From positions 100,502,001 through 100,566,000 of the forward strand of contig OZ024744.1 in NCBI GenBank assembly GCA_964016885.1: DNA of 64,000 nt. The letters run 5' to 3'. Position 1 is the stretch's first letter. Each line of letters begins with the position of its first letter. Source of the stretch: Eledone cirrhosa. Lineage: Eukaryota. The notes beneath the pieces are model-generated. The model ran no database searches and was not told the DNA's origin. It saw only the letters and a list, made by a program, of their open reading frames with translations. Shown here piece after piece: positions 23,313 through 38,600 of this stretch. Position numbers and translations under genes: made by a program.

Positions 23313-25794
23313 CCATGTGTACTGTATTCAGGTGCATCACAACTCATCAAAGGTGTATATAGAATAACAATGTACAAATGTCAGGAAAGTGAACAGTGTA
23401 TGAGTCATGATATACATGTGCATGTGTATTTCAGGAGCATGGAGGTTTTAAAGGATGCCGTGTCCAAGCTAGTTATTAAATATAAAGTAAATCCGTAATT
23501 GTAAGGTTTAACCCTTTAGCATTTACATTACTCTATATATACTATTTTTATAGTAAAGGCTTTACCTCACATAATTATCACATAATATTGAATCTATGAG
23601 ATTTTGATATTATTCATAACATCAGTACAAGCGGCCGGTTACAGCCGGTTTGAACAGAAAGAGGTGAGAGAATTCTGGCTAGATACAGTCGGTTTAAATG
23701 CTAAAGGATTAAGAGAGTAAGATGTATGATTTGAGAGAATTCTGGCCAGATACAGTCGGTTTAAATGCTAAAGGGTTAAAAATCTGTAATAGAAGTATAT
23801 ATTATATATAAATAAATACTACATTATACAAACTTATTCAAAAGTAGCTAATAACTATAAAACAGTCAATTTTTCTCAACACTTTCTCAGCATTTCTACA
23901 AGGTTTCTCTAGCATTTCCATTCAAATTAGTTGACAAACCTGTTATAATGTTAGCTTGAGCTTTTAGTTTTTGCATAATTTAGGAATCCCCCAATTTGTT
24001 GCCAGTTGAAGGATTTTTAAAAAATTAATTACCAGGATGATAGATGATTTGATAAATTTATATAGAAGATAAGGTATAAGATTTTTAGAATATATTAAAT
24101 TGGTGGTAAAATTGTGAGTTTTTAATATGTAACATTAGTAAGTACTGTTGTGATTTAGAATTCTTCAAAAGTTATCAGATTTTTGTTGAATGTAGACAAA
24201 TAGCTGTGTATAATATTGTTAGAGTAAATTACATTGGTGGCTAAATTGTGTGACTTTCCCGGGTAATATTTATCTTTCCTGGGTAACATTTATCAGTGCT
24301 GTTGTGATTTAGAATTCTTCAAAAGTTATCAGATTTTTGTTGAATGTGGGTAAATATTTGTGTGTGATATTGTTAATATAGAAGCTAAGGTAAAAATTTT
24401 TAGAGTAATAAATTAAATTTTTGTTGAATGTAGGTAAATATCAATTTATTATATTGTTATATATTGTTTATAAATATTATATCACTATACATCCCTGTTT
24501 GAAAGTGTTTCAGTTTAGGGCAGGGATCTCAAACATGTGGCCTGCAAACTACTTTGCTAGGGCCTGCAGTAGAACACTTTTATTTTCCCTGCTTTAATAA
24601 TATTTACAGTAAAATTTATTGCAATTTATCCATGAAATACAATAAAATAAATATTTAAAAAAAAACCAGAATTTATCAAAAGTGAAAATGGGAAAAAAAA
24701 ATGGAATTTACCAAAAGTAAAAACAGAATTAATGAAAATTTGTTCCCCTAAATTTTTAAATAATTCACATATCTTACTTACTATAATATGTGTATTTATT
24801 TTGGTAAAAAAAAAATATCAACTGTATTGTAGATTAGCCTCTTCCCCACAATGTAATAACCCTTTTGTGACCATAATTTTGCAGTTCCTAACTCAGGGCA
24901 TGAGAATCATGGTATCTGTACCTATATATGTGTATTTTAAGAGTATGTAAGGTAAGAAAATTAAAACCAAACAAAACTGATATTTCGTTTGTTCGGATAA
25001 ACTAGGTCACCATAACATAATTAAATTTAAACTGTAAAATAACCAATGAAAAACATCTTAACAGCACAAAAAAAAAAAAGAAACTGTTAATAATTATACC
25101 GTTAATATAATTCTCTCATTAATGTAATTTTCTCATTAAATTTCCACTGTAACTTACTTATATGATACAACTAACTGCCCCCCCCCCTCCCTCCCCCAAG
25201 AAAACATTTATTTAACCCTTTAGCATTTTATATTTTCACAGTAATGGCTTTACCTCACATAATATAAAATCTATGAGATTTTGATATTATTTAATTTGAG
25301 AATAATACCTTAACTCATGAGAGACCAGCCAGTTTGGACAGACAGAGGTGAGAGAATTCTGGCCGGATACTGCCATTTAAATGCTAAAGGGTTAAATGTT
25401 TCCTGTACATATTTATCAATTACACAAACACATTTTTTAACTCTTAACATCCTGTAATGTTTTAGCAGAAAATATCTAAAAACAGGTTTGTTAATTCAAA
25501 TGTTTATAGTATTTTTACTATTGGATAGATCTTGGTGACTATTTGCAAGGCTTTAACCCTTTAGCATTTACATTACTCTATATTTACTATTATATCTTCA
25601 CGGTAAAGGCTTTACCTCACATAATCATCCCACATAATATGGAATCTATGAGATTTTGATATTATTTGTTTGGAGAACAAAACCGTAACATCAGTATGAG
25701 TGGCCATTTACAGCCGGTTTGAACAGAAAAAGGTGAGAGAATTCTGGCCAGATACAGCTGGTTTAAATGCTAAAGGGTTAATGTTTAATCTGAT

Positions 25795-25937
25795 GCTGAT
25801 GATAGTGATGTTAGTGGTGGTGGTGGTGGTGGTCTTGGTGATTATGATAGTGGTGATGATGGTGGTTGTGGTGGTGGTGGTGGTGGTTGTGGTGGTGAAG
25901 CTGATGATGGTGGTGATGATGATGATGGTTGTAGTGG

Positions 25938-25986
<49 letters not shown>

Positions 25987-26032
25987 AGTGGTGGTGATGA
26001 TGGTGATGATGGTGATGATGATTATGATGATG
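25795..26032. repeat. (GGT/GAT)n microsatellite
   Basis: Direct inspection. Confidence 0.9.
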
Positions 26033-26311
26033 AAACTTCTAGTTGTACAAAGGAACGATTTCTTTATTACTACAAATGGTGTTCCTAAATTATTAAGCAC
26101 AACCTACTTAGCAAGAAATGTTAGTCCAAAGACCATTTTGGCTGCTTGTATTCGCGATCGTATTCTTTCGGTTATTACCCAAGGTTGATAACCATAGGTA
26201 AGGTTTTTTAAAATTAATATCTTAACCCTTTTCATACTAAACCACCTCGAACTGACCCTTATTCTACAATATTAAGCCCTATTTTTTAAAGTGTCTATAT
26301 TTATCTAAATA

Positions 26312-27197
26312 CAGTCGAGTCCGCTTAAGAGTATATCGGATAAGAGTATAGTCCGCTTAAGAGTATAGCATAATCAATTCCCGAATTTATGTACTATGTT
26401 TTGTACAGTGCATGGGTCCACTTAAGAGTATATCGGATAAGAGTATAGTTTGCATAAGAGTATAGCATAATCAATTCCTGTTTATATATTTTCTATATAA
26501 TTGAGTCCGAATAAGAGTATAATGAATACGGTAAAGTAAATTGGGCTTATAAACATTTTTAAACAATTCTAAACATTTATAAACATTTTTAAACAATTTA
26601 AAGTTTAATATATGCAAATACAAAAATAATAATTCATTGTGTCATAAAAATGTCTTTGAAACGTTCTGCTATATCCATTACTCAAAGGTTAGTATGTATT
26701 ATTTTTATATTTATAATATGAATGTGCATAGGTACCTAACATAACTTTAATCATTTATCAATATTTTAGATCTCTGGAAAAGAAGGAATAAATGCTTTGT
26801 TCACTGTACGGTCCTATATGATGCAATCGTTTGGAAATTTTGAAAATTATACTCTGTCTGAGATCGAAAGAATTGATTGAAAAAAAAATTGCGAGCAATC
26901 AAGTGCTAAAAAGCATTTTGGACTATTTTTAGGAAATAAAAATTGCATACCAATATGTTGAAATATTGCTTAATTTATCTATAATTTGCAATAATTCTTG
27001 TTGAATTTTTTGGTGTAACTTTCATTTTTTTTACTTATAAATGCATTTTAAACGATAATAAAGCGATTTTTAATCATTGAAAGACTCAAAATAATAATAA
27101 TATGGAATATTTTTACTTAGTCCAGATAAGAGTATAGTTCGGTTAAGAGTATACTATTTTCCATTCCCGAGGGTATACTCTTAAGCGGACTCGACTG
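26312..27197. mobile_element. pogo/Tigger-like non-autonomous element (886 bp)
   Basis: Perfect 24-bp TIR cagtcgagtccgcttaagagtata, TA flanks, multiple subterminal taagagtata repeats. Confidence 0.88.
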
Positions 27198-28329
27198 TAT
27201 AAATACCTTCCATCATTATTTTATGTAACGTCCTTTGTTAAGTTATGTTCCAAACACCAACTTCATTATTAGAAAGTTAGTTATATTACAAAATTCCCCA
27301 AATTCTGGAATATTTTACAAAATTATTTGGAAACTGTAGACAGTGTCTTTCATTAGAAATATGGTAACAAAAGGGTTAAAAAGTTTATATTTATCTAAAT
27401 ACCCTCCTTCATTATTTTATTTAACAACTTTTGTTGAGATATGTTCCAAACACCAGCATAATTATTAAAAGTTAGTTATTATATTACCAAACCCCTTCGA
27501 TGGATTAATTTCAAAATGATATTATAAATATGGTAATGACAGGGTTAACAGTTTGAATCTTCATATTTATGTATTTGATCATCAGTTTAAGGGTACAAAT
27601 ATATTGTTTAACCCTTTAGCATTTACATTTCTCTATATATCATCATTATCATCATTTCATTTTACATCCGCTTTTTCCCTGCTTGCAAGGGTGGGATGGG
27701 AACTAATTCTGGCTTGGTTTCTACAGCTGGATGCCCTTCCTAACACCAAGCTCATTTTACAGTGAGTGCTGGGTGCTTTTTTGCTGTGGCACCTCCACGA
27801 CCACTTTGCAGTGGAATGATATGGACCCCAGTCCCTGTCATCTCATTTCTACAGCTGAGTAAACTGGAGCAATGTGACATGAAGTATCTTGCTCAAGGAA
27901 ACAACACATCACCCGGTCTGAGAATTGAACTCACAACCTTTCGATTGCAAGGCCAATATATATATTATATTTTCATGGTAATACTGAATATATGAGATTT
28001 TGACATTATTTATTTTGAGATCAATACCTTAACGTCAGTATGAGAAGCTGGTTGGGGCTGGTTTAAACAGAAAGTGGTGAGAGAATTCTGGCTGGATGTG
28101 GCCAGTTTAAATGCTAAAGGGTTAAGGTTACAAGTATATTGTTTAAAGCATGAAATGTGTCAAAGTTGTGTAATAAACCATATGTTATTGCAACTAATTT
28201 GTAAATAACATAACATAAAACATTGTTCTAGTAAAAAATATATTTCTTATAATTCATAGAAATAATTTGCTAACTCAAAAACTAGGAAAAGCTGTTAAAA
28301 CAACCAAATGGCATCTATGACAGCAGGTA

Positions 28330-28850
28330 AGTTGGGTAAAAATAGCTACAGAAATCAGTGGTCAGTGGTTGGTAGAGAGATAAGTAAAGTTGTGAGGTGG
28401 GTGACAGGTAGATGAAATATAGAGATGATTGAGAGAGGAGGACAGAGATCGGTGGCTAGTGGTCAGTAGAGAGAGACAATCTATGAGATAGGTGACAGGT
28501 AGATGAAATATAGAGAAGGGAAGAGGGGTAAAAATACCTCAGAGGACAGAAATCAGTGACCAATGGTCAGTAAAGCTGTGAGGTGGGTGACAGGTAGATG
28601 GAATATAGAAAAGATTGAGAGAAGAGAGGGAGGGGTAAAAATACCTCAGAGGACAGATCAGTGACCAGTGGTCAGTAAATATGTAAGGTAGGTGACAGGT
28701 AGATGGAATATAGAGATGATTGAAAGAGGAGGAGGAGATGGAAGGAGGGGTAAAATAGCTCAGAGGACAGAAGTCAGTGACCAGTGGTCAGTAAGGAGAG
28801 AAGTTGTGAGGTGGGTGACAGGGAGATGAAATATAGAGATGATTGAGAGG
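28330..28850. repeat. Degenerate purine-rich tandem repeat (~100-120-bp unit, ~5 copies)
   Basis: ggtgacaggtagatg(a/g)aatatagag and agaggacaga..tcagtgacca recur. Confidence 0.75.
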
Positions 28851-29629
28851 AGTGATGGTGGTGGTGGTGGTGGTGGTGGTGGTAATGATGATGATGATTG
28901 TTCTTTAGTTCTTCTACACAGGAGAATTGTCTACTTTTCAAATGGTTCTTCAAATTTTGAAACAGTTGGAAGTCAAAGAGAACAAGTAAAGAAACAAGGG
29001 AAAAAAAAAAGGTAAAGGGCCTTTAACTCCTGATGTATCGCGGGCGCCACATTCGCAACATATAGTGTGTTTTGGAATTCTTAAACATGGTAGACCTCCC
29101 CCATCACTCTCGGGAACTGAACTCCGCTGATTTCTGACACACACACACATACATACACAAACAAAACACACACACACACACACACATACACATGCAGACA
29201 CACACACATACACACACACATATATACACACACATACATACATATACACACACACACAAATGTATACATACACGTGCAGACGCGCACACATACATACATA
29301 CACACAGACACACATGCATACACACACATGCATACATACACACACATACACACAGAACAGCAATGTTAGTGGTAAAGGGAGCAACACTGCAACAAATATG
29401 GAAAGGTACTGTTAAGAGTGTGTATGTGTGAAAGAGAGTAAGAGAAAGGGTAGGAGAGAGAGAGGGAGAGAGAGAGAGAGAAAGAAAGAGGATTACGTTT
29501 ATGAAAAAAATATTGTTTATCCTCAAACTATAAATAAATAAAATATTCCATTTTGGTAGTTTGAGTTATTTTTTAAGTTTCGTCGATTTATTTTATCGTG
29601 TTGTGTATATATGTAATTAATTAGTGTAT

Positions 29630-32600
29630 AAGTGGTCATGTAGGGGTCATGACAAAAAGCACCCAGTCCACACTGTAAAGTAGTTGTGTAGGTGTCATAA
29701 CAAAAAGCACCAAGTCCACAGTATAAAGAGGTCATGTAGGGTGTCATGACAAAAAGCACCCAGTCCACATTGTAATGTGGTCATGTAGATGTAATGACAA
29801 AAAGCACCCAGTCCACTGTAAAGTGTTCATCTAGGTGTCATGACAAAAGAACCCAGTCCACACTTTAAAGTAGTCGTGTAGGTGTCATGACTAAAAGCAC
29901 CCAGTCAACACTGTAAAGTGGTCATGTAGGTGTCATGACAAAAAGCACCCAGACCACACTGTAAAGTGGTCATGTAGGTGTCATGACTAAAAGCACCCAG
30001 CCCACACTAAAAAGTAGTCGTGTAGGTGTCATGACAAAAAGCACCCAGTACTCACTGTAAAAGTGGTCATGTAGGTGTCATGACAAAACAAAAAGCACCC
30101 AGTCCACACTGTAAAGTAGTCGTGTAGGCATCATGACAAAAAGCACCCAGTATACACTGTAAAGTAGTTGCGTAGGTGTCATGACAAAAAGCACCCAGTC
30201 CATTCTGTAAAGTGGTCATGTAGGTGTTAGGACTAAAAGCACCTAGTCCACATTGTAAAGTGGTTGAGTTGGTATCATAACAAAAAACACCCAGCACACA
30301 CAGTAAAGTGGTTGTGTAGGTGTCATGACTAAAAGCACCCAGTCCACACTGTAAAGTGGTCATGTAGGTGTCATGACAAAAAGCACCCAGTCCTTACTGT
30401 AAAGTGGTCATGTAGATGTCATGACAAAAAGCACCCAGTTCACATTGTAAAGTGGCCATGTAGGTGTCACAGCAAAAAGGACCCAGTTCACACTGTAAAG
30501 TGGTGATGTAGGTGTCATGACAAAAAGCACCCAGTCCACACTGTAAAGTGGTCATGTAGGTGTCATGACAAAAAGCACCCAGTCCACACTGTAAAGTGGT
30601 TGTGTAGGTGCCACGATAAAAAGCACCCAGTCCACACTGTAAAGTGGTCGTGTAGGTGTCATGACTAAAAGCACGCAGTCCACTGTAAAGTGTTCATCTA
30701 GGTGTCATGACAAAAAGCACCCAGTCCACACTGTAAAGTGGTCGTGTAAGCGTCATGACAAAAAGCACCCGGTCCACACTGTAAAGTAGTTGTGTAGGTG
30801 TCATGACAAAAAGCACCCGGTCCACACTGTAAAGTGGTCATGTAGGTGTCACAAAAAAAAGCACCCAATTCACACTGAAAAGTGGTCATGTAGGTGTGAT
30901 GACAAGAAGCACCCAGTCCATACTGTATAGTGGTCATGTAAGTGTCATGACAACAAGTACCCAGCCCACACTGTATAGTGGTCATGCAGGTGTCACAACA
31001 AAAAGTACCCAGTCCATACTGTAAAGTGGTCATGCAGGTGTCACAACAAAAAGTACCCAGTCCATACTGTAAAGTGGTCATGCAGCTGTCATGACAAAAA
31101 GTACCCAGTCCACCCTGTAAAGTTGTCATGTAGGTGTCATGACAAAAAGTACCCAGTCCACACTGTAAAGTAGTCGTGTAGGTGTCATGACAAAAAGCAC
31201 CCAGTCCACACAGTAAAGTGGTCATGTAGGGGTCATGACAAAAAGCACCCAGTCCACACTGTAAAGTAGTTGTGTAGGTGTCAAAACAAAAAGAACCAAG
31301 TCCACACTATAAAGAGGTCAAGTAGGGTGTCATGACAAAAAGCACCCAGTCCACATTGTAATGTGGTCATGTAGGTGTCATGACAAAAAGCACCCAGTCC
31401 ATACTGTAAAGTAGTCATGTAGGTATCATGACAAAAAGCACCCAGTCCACACTGTAAAGTGGTCATGTAGGTGTCATGACCATTACCCAGCCCACACTGT
31501 ATAGTGGTCATGTAGGTGTCATGACAAAAAGCACCCAGCCCAAAGTGTATAGTGGTCGTGCAGGTGACATGACAAAAATCAACCAGTCCACACTGTAAAG
31601 TGGTCATGTAGCTGTCATGAGAAAAGAACCCAGTCCACACTGTAAAGTAGTTGTGTAGGTGTCATAACAAAACGCACCCAGTCCGTACTGTAATGTGGTC
31701 GTGTAGCTGTCATGACAAAAAGCACCCAGTCCACATTTTAAGTGGTCATGTACGTGTCATGACAAAAAGCACCCGGTCCACACTGTAATGTGGTCATGTA
31801 GGTATCATGACAAAAAGCACCCAGTCCACTCTGTATCGTGGTCATGTAGGTGTCATGACAAAAAACACCCAGTACTCACACTGTAAAGTGGTCATGTAGG
31901 TGTCAGGACAAAAAGCACCCAGTCCACACTGTAAAGTGGTCATGTAGGCGTCATGACAAAAAGCACCCGGTTCACACTGTAAAGTAGTTGTGTAGGTGTC
32001 ATGACAAAAAGCACCCAGTCCACACTGTAAAGTAGTCATGTAGGGGTCACAAAAAAAGCACCCACTTCACACTGTAATGTGGTCATGTAGCTGTCATGAC
32101 AAAAAGCTCCCAGTCCACACTGTAAAGTGGTCATGTAGGTGTCATGAGAAAAAGCACCCAGTCGACACTGTAATATGGTCGTGTAGCTGTCATGACAAAA
32201 AGCACCCAGTCCCCACTATAAAGAGGGCATGTAGGTGTCATGACAAAAAGCACCCAGTCCACACTGTAAAGTGGTCATGTAGCTGTCATGCCAAAAAGCA
32301 CCCAGTCCACACTGTAATGTGGTCATGTAGGTATCATGACAAAAAGCACCCAGTCCACACTGTATCGTGGTCATGTAGGTGTCATGACAAAAAACACCCA
32401 GTACTCACTCTGTATAGTGGTCATGAAGGTATCATGACAAAAAGCACCCAGTCCACACTGTAATGTGATCGTGTAGCTGTCATGACAAAAAGCATCCAGT
32501 CCACACTATAAAATGGTCATGTAGGTGTCATGACAAAAAGCACCCAGTCCACACTGTAATGTCATCGTGTAGCTGTCATGACAAAAAGCACCCAGTCCAC

Positions 32601-35600
32601 ACTATAAAATGGTCATGTAGGTGTCATGACAAAAAGCAGCCAGTCCACACTGTAATGTGGTCGTGTAGGTGTCATGACAAAAAGCATCCAGCCCACACTG
32701 TAAAGTGGTTGTGTAGGTGCTACGATAAAAAGCACCCAGTCCACACAGTAAAGTGGTCGTGTAGGTGTCATGACCAAAAGCACCCACTCCACACTGTATA
32801 GTGGTCATGTAGGTGTCATGACAACAAGTACCCAGCCCACACTGTATAGTTACCGTGTAGGTGTCACGAAAAAAAGCACCCAGTCTACACTGTATTGTGG
32901 TCGTCTAGGTGTCTTGACAAAAAGTACCCAGTCCACACTGTAAAGTTGTCATGTAGGTGTCATGACAAAAAGCAGCCACTCCACACTGTAAAGTGGTCAT
33001 GTAGGTGTCATGACAAAAAGCACCCAGTCCACACTGTAATGTGGTTATGTAGGTGTCATGACAAACAGCACCCAGCCGACACTGTAAATTGATCATGTAG
33101 GTGTCACAACAAAAAGCACCCAGTCCATACTGTATAGTGGTCATGTAGGTGTCATGCGAACAAGTACCCAGCCCACACTGTAAAATGGTCGTGTAGGTGT
33201 CATGACAAAAAGCATCCAGCCCACACTGTATAGTGGTCGTGTAGATGTCATGACCAAAAGTACCCAGTCCACACTGTAACGTGGTCATGTAGGTGTCATG
33301 ACAAAAAATACCCAGTCCACACTGTAAAGTTGTCATGTAGGTGTCATGATAAAAAGCACCCAGTCCACACTGTAAAGTGGTCATGTAGCGGTCAAGACAA
33401 TAAACACCCAGTCCATAATGTAATGTGGTCGTGTAGGTGTCATAACTAAAAGCACCCAGTCCACACTGTAATGTGGTCGTGTAGCTGTCATGACAAAAAG
33501 CACCCAGTCCACACTGTAAAGTGGTCATGTAGGTGTCATGACAAAAAGCACCCAGTCCACACTGTAATGTGATCGTGTAGCTGTCATGACAAAAAGCACC
33601 CAGTCCACACTATAAAGTGGTCATGTAGGTGTCATGACAAAAAGCAGCCAGTCCACACTGTAATGTGGTCGTGTAGGGGTCATGACAAAAAGCATCCAGC
33701 CCACACTGTAAAGTGGTCATGTAGGTGTCATGACAAAAAGAACCCAGTCCACACTGTAAAGTAGTTGCGAAGGTGTCGTGACAAAAAGCACCCTGTCCAC
33801 ACTGTAAAGTGGTCATGTACGTGTCATGACAAAAAGCACCCAGTCCACACTATAAAGTGGTCGTGTAGGTGTCATGACAAAAAGCAGCCAGTCCACACTG
33901 TAATGTGGTCGTGTAGGGGTCATGACAAAAAGCATCCAGTCCACACTGTAACGTGGTCATGTAGCTGTCATGACAAAAAATACCCAGTCCACACTGTAAA
34001 GTTGTCATGTAGGTGTCATGATAAAAAGCACCCAGTCCACACTGTAAAGTGGTCATGTAGCGGTCAAGACAATAAGCACCCAGTCCATACTGTAATGTGG
34101 TCGTGTAGGTGTCATAACTAAAAGCACCCAGACCACACTGTAATGTGGTTGTGTAGCTGTCATGACAAAAAGCACCCAGTCCACACTATAAAGTGACCAT
34201 GTACGTGTCATGACAAAAAGCATCCAGTCCACACTATAAAGTGGTCATGTAGGTGTCATGACAAAAAGCAGCCAGTCCACACTGTAATGTGGTCGTGTAG
34301 GGGTCATGACAAAAAGCATCCAGCCCACACTGTAAAGTGGTCATGTAGGTGTCATGACAAAAAGCACACAGTCCACACTGTAAAGTAGTTGTAAAGGCGT
34401 CGTGACAAAAAGCACCCTGTCCACACTGTAAAGTGGTCATGTAGGTGTCATGACAAAAAGCACCCAGTCAACACTTTAAAGTGGTCATGTAGGGGTCATG
34501 ACAAAAACCACCCAGTCCACACTGTAAAGTAGTTGTAAATGTGTCATAATAAAAAGCACCCAATCCACACTGTAAAGTGATCATGTAGGTGTCATGACAA
34601 AAAGCACCCAGTCCACACTGTAAAGTAGTTGTGAAGGTGTCATGACAAAAAGCACCCTGTCCACACTGTAAAGTGGTCATGTAGGTGTCATGACAAGAAG
34701 CACCCAGTCCACAGTGTAAAGTGGTCGTGCAGGTGTCATGACAAAAAGCACCCAGTTCACACTGTATAGTGGTCATGTAGGTGTCATAACAACAAGTACC
34801 CAGCCCACACTGTATAGTTACCGTGTAGGTGTCATGACAAAAAGCACCCAGTCTACACTGTATTGTGGTCGTCTAGGTGTCTTGACAAAAAGTACCCAGT
34901 CCACACTGTAAATTTGTCATGTAGGTGTCATGACAAAAAGCAGCCAGTCCACACTGTAAAGTGGTCATGTAGGTGTCATGACAAAAAGCACCCAGCCGAC
35001 ACTGTTAAGTGATCATGTAGGTGTCACGACAAAAAGCAACCAGTCCATACTGTATAGTGGTCATGTAGGTGTCATGACAAAAAGCACCCAGACCACATTG
35101 TAAAGTAGTCGTGTAGGTGTCATGACAAAAAGCACCCAGTCCACACTGTAAAGTGGTCATGTAGGGGTCAAGACAATAAGCACCTAGTCCATACTGTAAT
35201 GTGGTCGCGTATATGTCATAACTAAAAGAACCCAGTCCACACTGTAATGTGGTCGTGTAGCTGTCATGACATAAAGCACCCAGTCCACAATGTAAAGTAG
35301 TTGTGTAGGTGTCATAATAAAAAGCACCCAGTCCATGCTGTAATGTGGTCGTGTAGGTGTCATGACAAAAAGCACCCAACCCACACTGTATAGTGGTCGT
35401 GTAGGTGTCATGACAAAAAGCACCCATCCACACTGTATAGTGTTCGTGCAGGTGTCACGACAAAAAGTACCCAGTCCACACTGCTGTAAAGTTGTCATGT
35501 AGGTGTCATGACAAAAAGCACCCAGTCCACACTGTAAAGTGGTCATGTAGGTGTCATGACAAAAAGCACCCAATCCACACTATAAAGAGGTCATGTAGGT

Positions 35601-38600
35601 GTCATGACCAAAAGCACCCAGCCCACACTGTAAAGTCGTCATGTAGGTGGCATGACAAAAAGCACCCAGTCAACACTGTAAAGTGGTCATGTAGGTGTCA
35701 TGACAAAAAGCACCCAATCCATTCTGTAAAGTGGTCATGTAGGTGTCATGACAAAAAGCACCCAGTCCATTCTGTAAAGTGGTCATGTAGGTGTCATGAC
35801 AAAAAGTACCCAGCCCACACTGTATAGTTACCGTGTAGGTGTCATGACAAAAAGCACCCAGTCCATACTGTAAAGTGATCATGTTGTTATCATGACAAAA
35901 AACACCCAGTCCACACTATAAAGAGGTCATGTAGGTTTCATGACAAAAAGCACACAGCCCACATTGTAAAGTGGTCATGTAAGTGTCATGACAAGTACCC
36001 AGCCCACACTGTATAGTGGTCATGTAGGTGTCATGACAAAAAGCACCCAGCCTATACTGTAAAGTTGTCATGTAGGTGTCATGACAAAAACACCCAGTCC
36101 ACACTGTAAAGTGGTCATGTACGGGTTATGATAAAAAGCACCCAGTCCACATTGTAAAGTGGTTATGTAGCTGTCATAAGAAAAGACACCCAGCCCACAC
36201 TGTAAAGTAGTTATGTAGGTGTCATAACAAAAAGCACCCAGTCCATTCTGTAATGTGGTCGTATAGCTGCCATGACAAAAAGCACCCAGTCCACACTGTA
36301 ATATAGTCGTGTAGCTGTCATGACAAAAAGCACCCAGTCCACACTGTAATGTGGTCATGTAGGTATCAGGACAAAAAGCACCCAGTACTCACACTGTATA
36401 GTGGTCATGTAGGTGTCATGACAAAAAGCACCCAGTCCACACTGTATCGTGGTCATGTAGGTGTCATGACAAAAAACACCCAGTACTCACACTGTATAGT
36501 GGTCATGTAGGTGTCATGAGAAAAAGCACCCAGTCCACACTGTAATGTGATCGTGTAGCTGCCATGACAAAAAGCACCCAGTCCACACTATAAAGTGGTC
36601 ATGTATGTGTCATGACAAAAAGCAGCCAGTCCACACTGTAATGTGGTCGTGTAGGTGTCATGACAAAAAGCATCCAGCCCACACTGTAAAGTGGTCATGT
36701 AGGTGTCATGACAAAAAGCACCCAGTCCACACTGTAAAGTAGTTGCAAAGTTGTCACGACAAAAATCACCCTGTCCACACTGCAAAGTGGTCATGTAGGT
36801 GTCATGACAAAAAGCACCCAATCCACACTGTAAAGTGGTCATGTAGGTGTCATGACAAAAAGCACCCAGTCCACACTGTAAAGTAGTTGTGTAGGTGTCA
36901 TGACAAAAAGCACCCAGTCCACTCTGTAAAGTGGTCATGTAGGTGTCATGACTAAAAGCACCTACTCCACACTGTAAAGTGGTTGAGTTGGTATCATAAC
37001 AAAAAACACCCAGCATACACTGTAAAGTGGTTGTGTAGGTGCTACGATAAAAAGCACCCAGTCCACACAGTAAAGTGGTGGTGTAGGTGTCATGACAAAA
37101 AGCACCCAGTCCACATTGTATAGTTACCGTGTAGGTGTCATGACAAAAAGCACCCAGTCTACACTGTATTGTGGTCGTCTAGGTGTCTTGCCAAAAAGTA
37201 CCCAGTCCACACTGTAAAGTGGTCATGTAGCTGTCATTACAAAAAGCACCCAGCCGACACTGTAAAGTGATCATGTAGGTGTCACGACAAAAAGCACCCA
37301 GTCCATACTGTATAGTGGTCATGTAGGTGTCATGACAACAAGTACCCAGCCCACACTGTAAAATGGTCGTGTAGGTGTCATGACAAAAAGCACCCAGCCC
37401 ACACTGTATAGTGGTCGTGTAGATGTCATGACCAAAAGTACCCAGTCCACACTATAACGTGGTCATGTAGCTGTCATGACAAAAAGCACCCAGTCCACAC
37501 TGTAAAGTAGTCGTGTAGGTGTCATGACAAAAAGCACCCAGTCCACACTGTATAGTGGTCATGTAGCTGTCATGAGAAAAGGCACCCAGTCGACACTGTA
37601 AAGTAGTTGTGTAGGTGTCATGACAAAAAGCACCCAGTACTCCCTGTATAGTGGTCGTGTAGCTGTAATGACAAAAAGCACCCAGTCTACACTTTAAAGT
37701 GGTCATGTAGGTGTCATGACAAAAAGCACCCAGTCCATACTGTAATGTGGTTATGTAGATGTCATGACAAATAGCACCCAGTACTCACAGTAATTTGGTC
37801 ATGTAGGTGTCATGACAAAAAGCACCCAGTCCACATTGTAAAGTGGTCATATAGGTGTCATGACAAAAAGCACCCAGTCCACACTATAAAGTGGTCATGT
37901 ACATGTCATGACAAAAAGCACCCAGTCCATACTGTAAATTGGTCATGTAGGTGTCATGACAAAAAACACCCAGCCCACACTGTAATGTGGTCATGTAGGT
38001 GTCATGACAAAAAGCAGCCAGTCCACACTGTAATGTGGTCATGTAGGTGTCATGACAAAAAGCACCCAGTCCACACTGTAAAGTGGTCATGTAGCTGTCA
38101 TGACAAAAAGCACCCAGCCCACACTGTAAAGTGGTCATGTAGATGTCACGACAAAAAGTACCCAGTCTACACTGTATTGTGGTCGTCTAGGTGTCTTGCC
38201 AAAAAGTACCCAGCCCACACTGTAAAGTGGTCATGTAGGTGTCACGACAAAAAGCACCCAGTCCATACTGTATAGTGGTCATGTAGGTGTCATGACAACA
38301 AGTACCCAGCCCACACTGTAAAATGGTCGTGTAGGTGTCATGACAAAAAGCACCCAGCCCACACTGTATAGTGGTCGTGTAGATGTCATGACCAAAAGTA
38401 CCCAGTCCACACTATAACGTGGTCATGTAGCTGTCATGACAAAAAGCACCCAGTCCACACTGTAAAGTAGTCGTGTAGGTGTCATGACAAAAAGCACCCA
38501 GTCCACACTGTAAAGTGGTCATGTAGCTGTCATGAGAAAAGGCACCCAGTCGACACTGTAAAGTAGTTGTGTAGGTGTCATGACAAAAAGCACCCAGTAC

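Noticed and set aside
24518-24570. hAT-like terminus cagggatctcaaac (also ccggccctg at ~18435)
   Set aside because: No matching opposite TIR or 8-bp TSD was identified.
26030-26200. Possible plus-strand exon (ttctag...gtaag) of a nested gene
   Set aside because: The minus strand reads YGYQPWVITERIRSRIQAAKM, an RTE fragment, and all plus frames hit stops before the donor.
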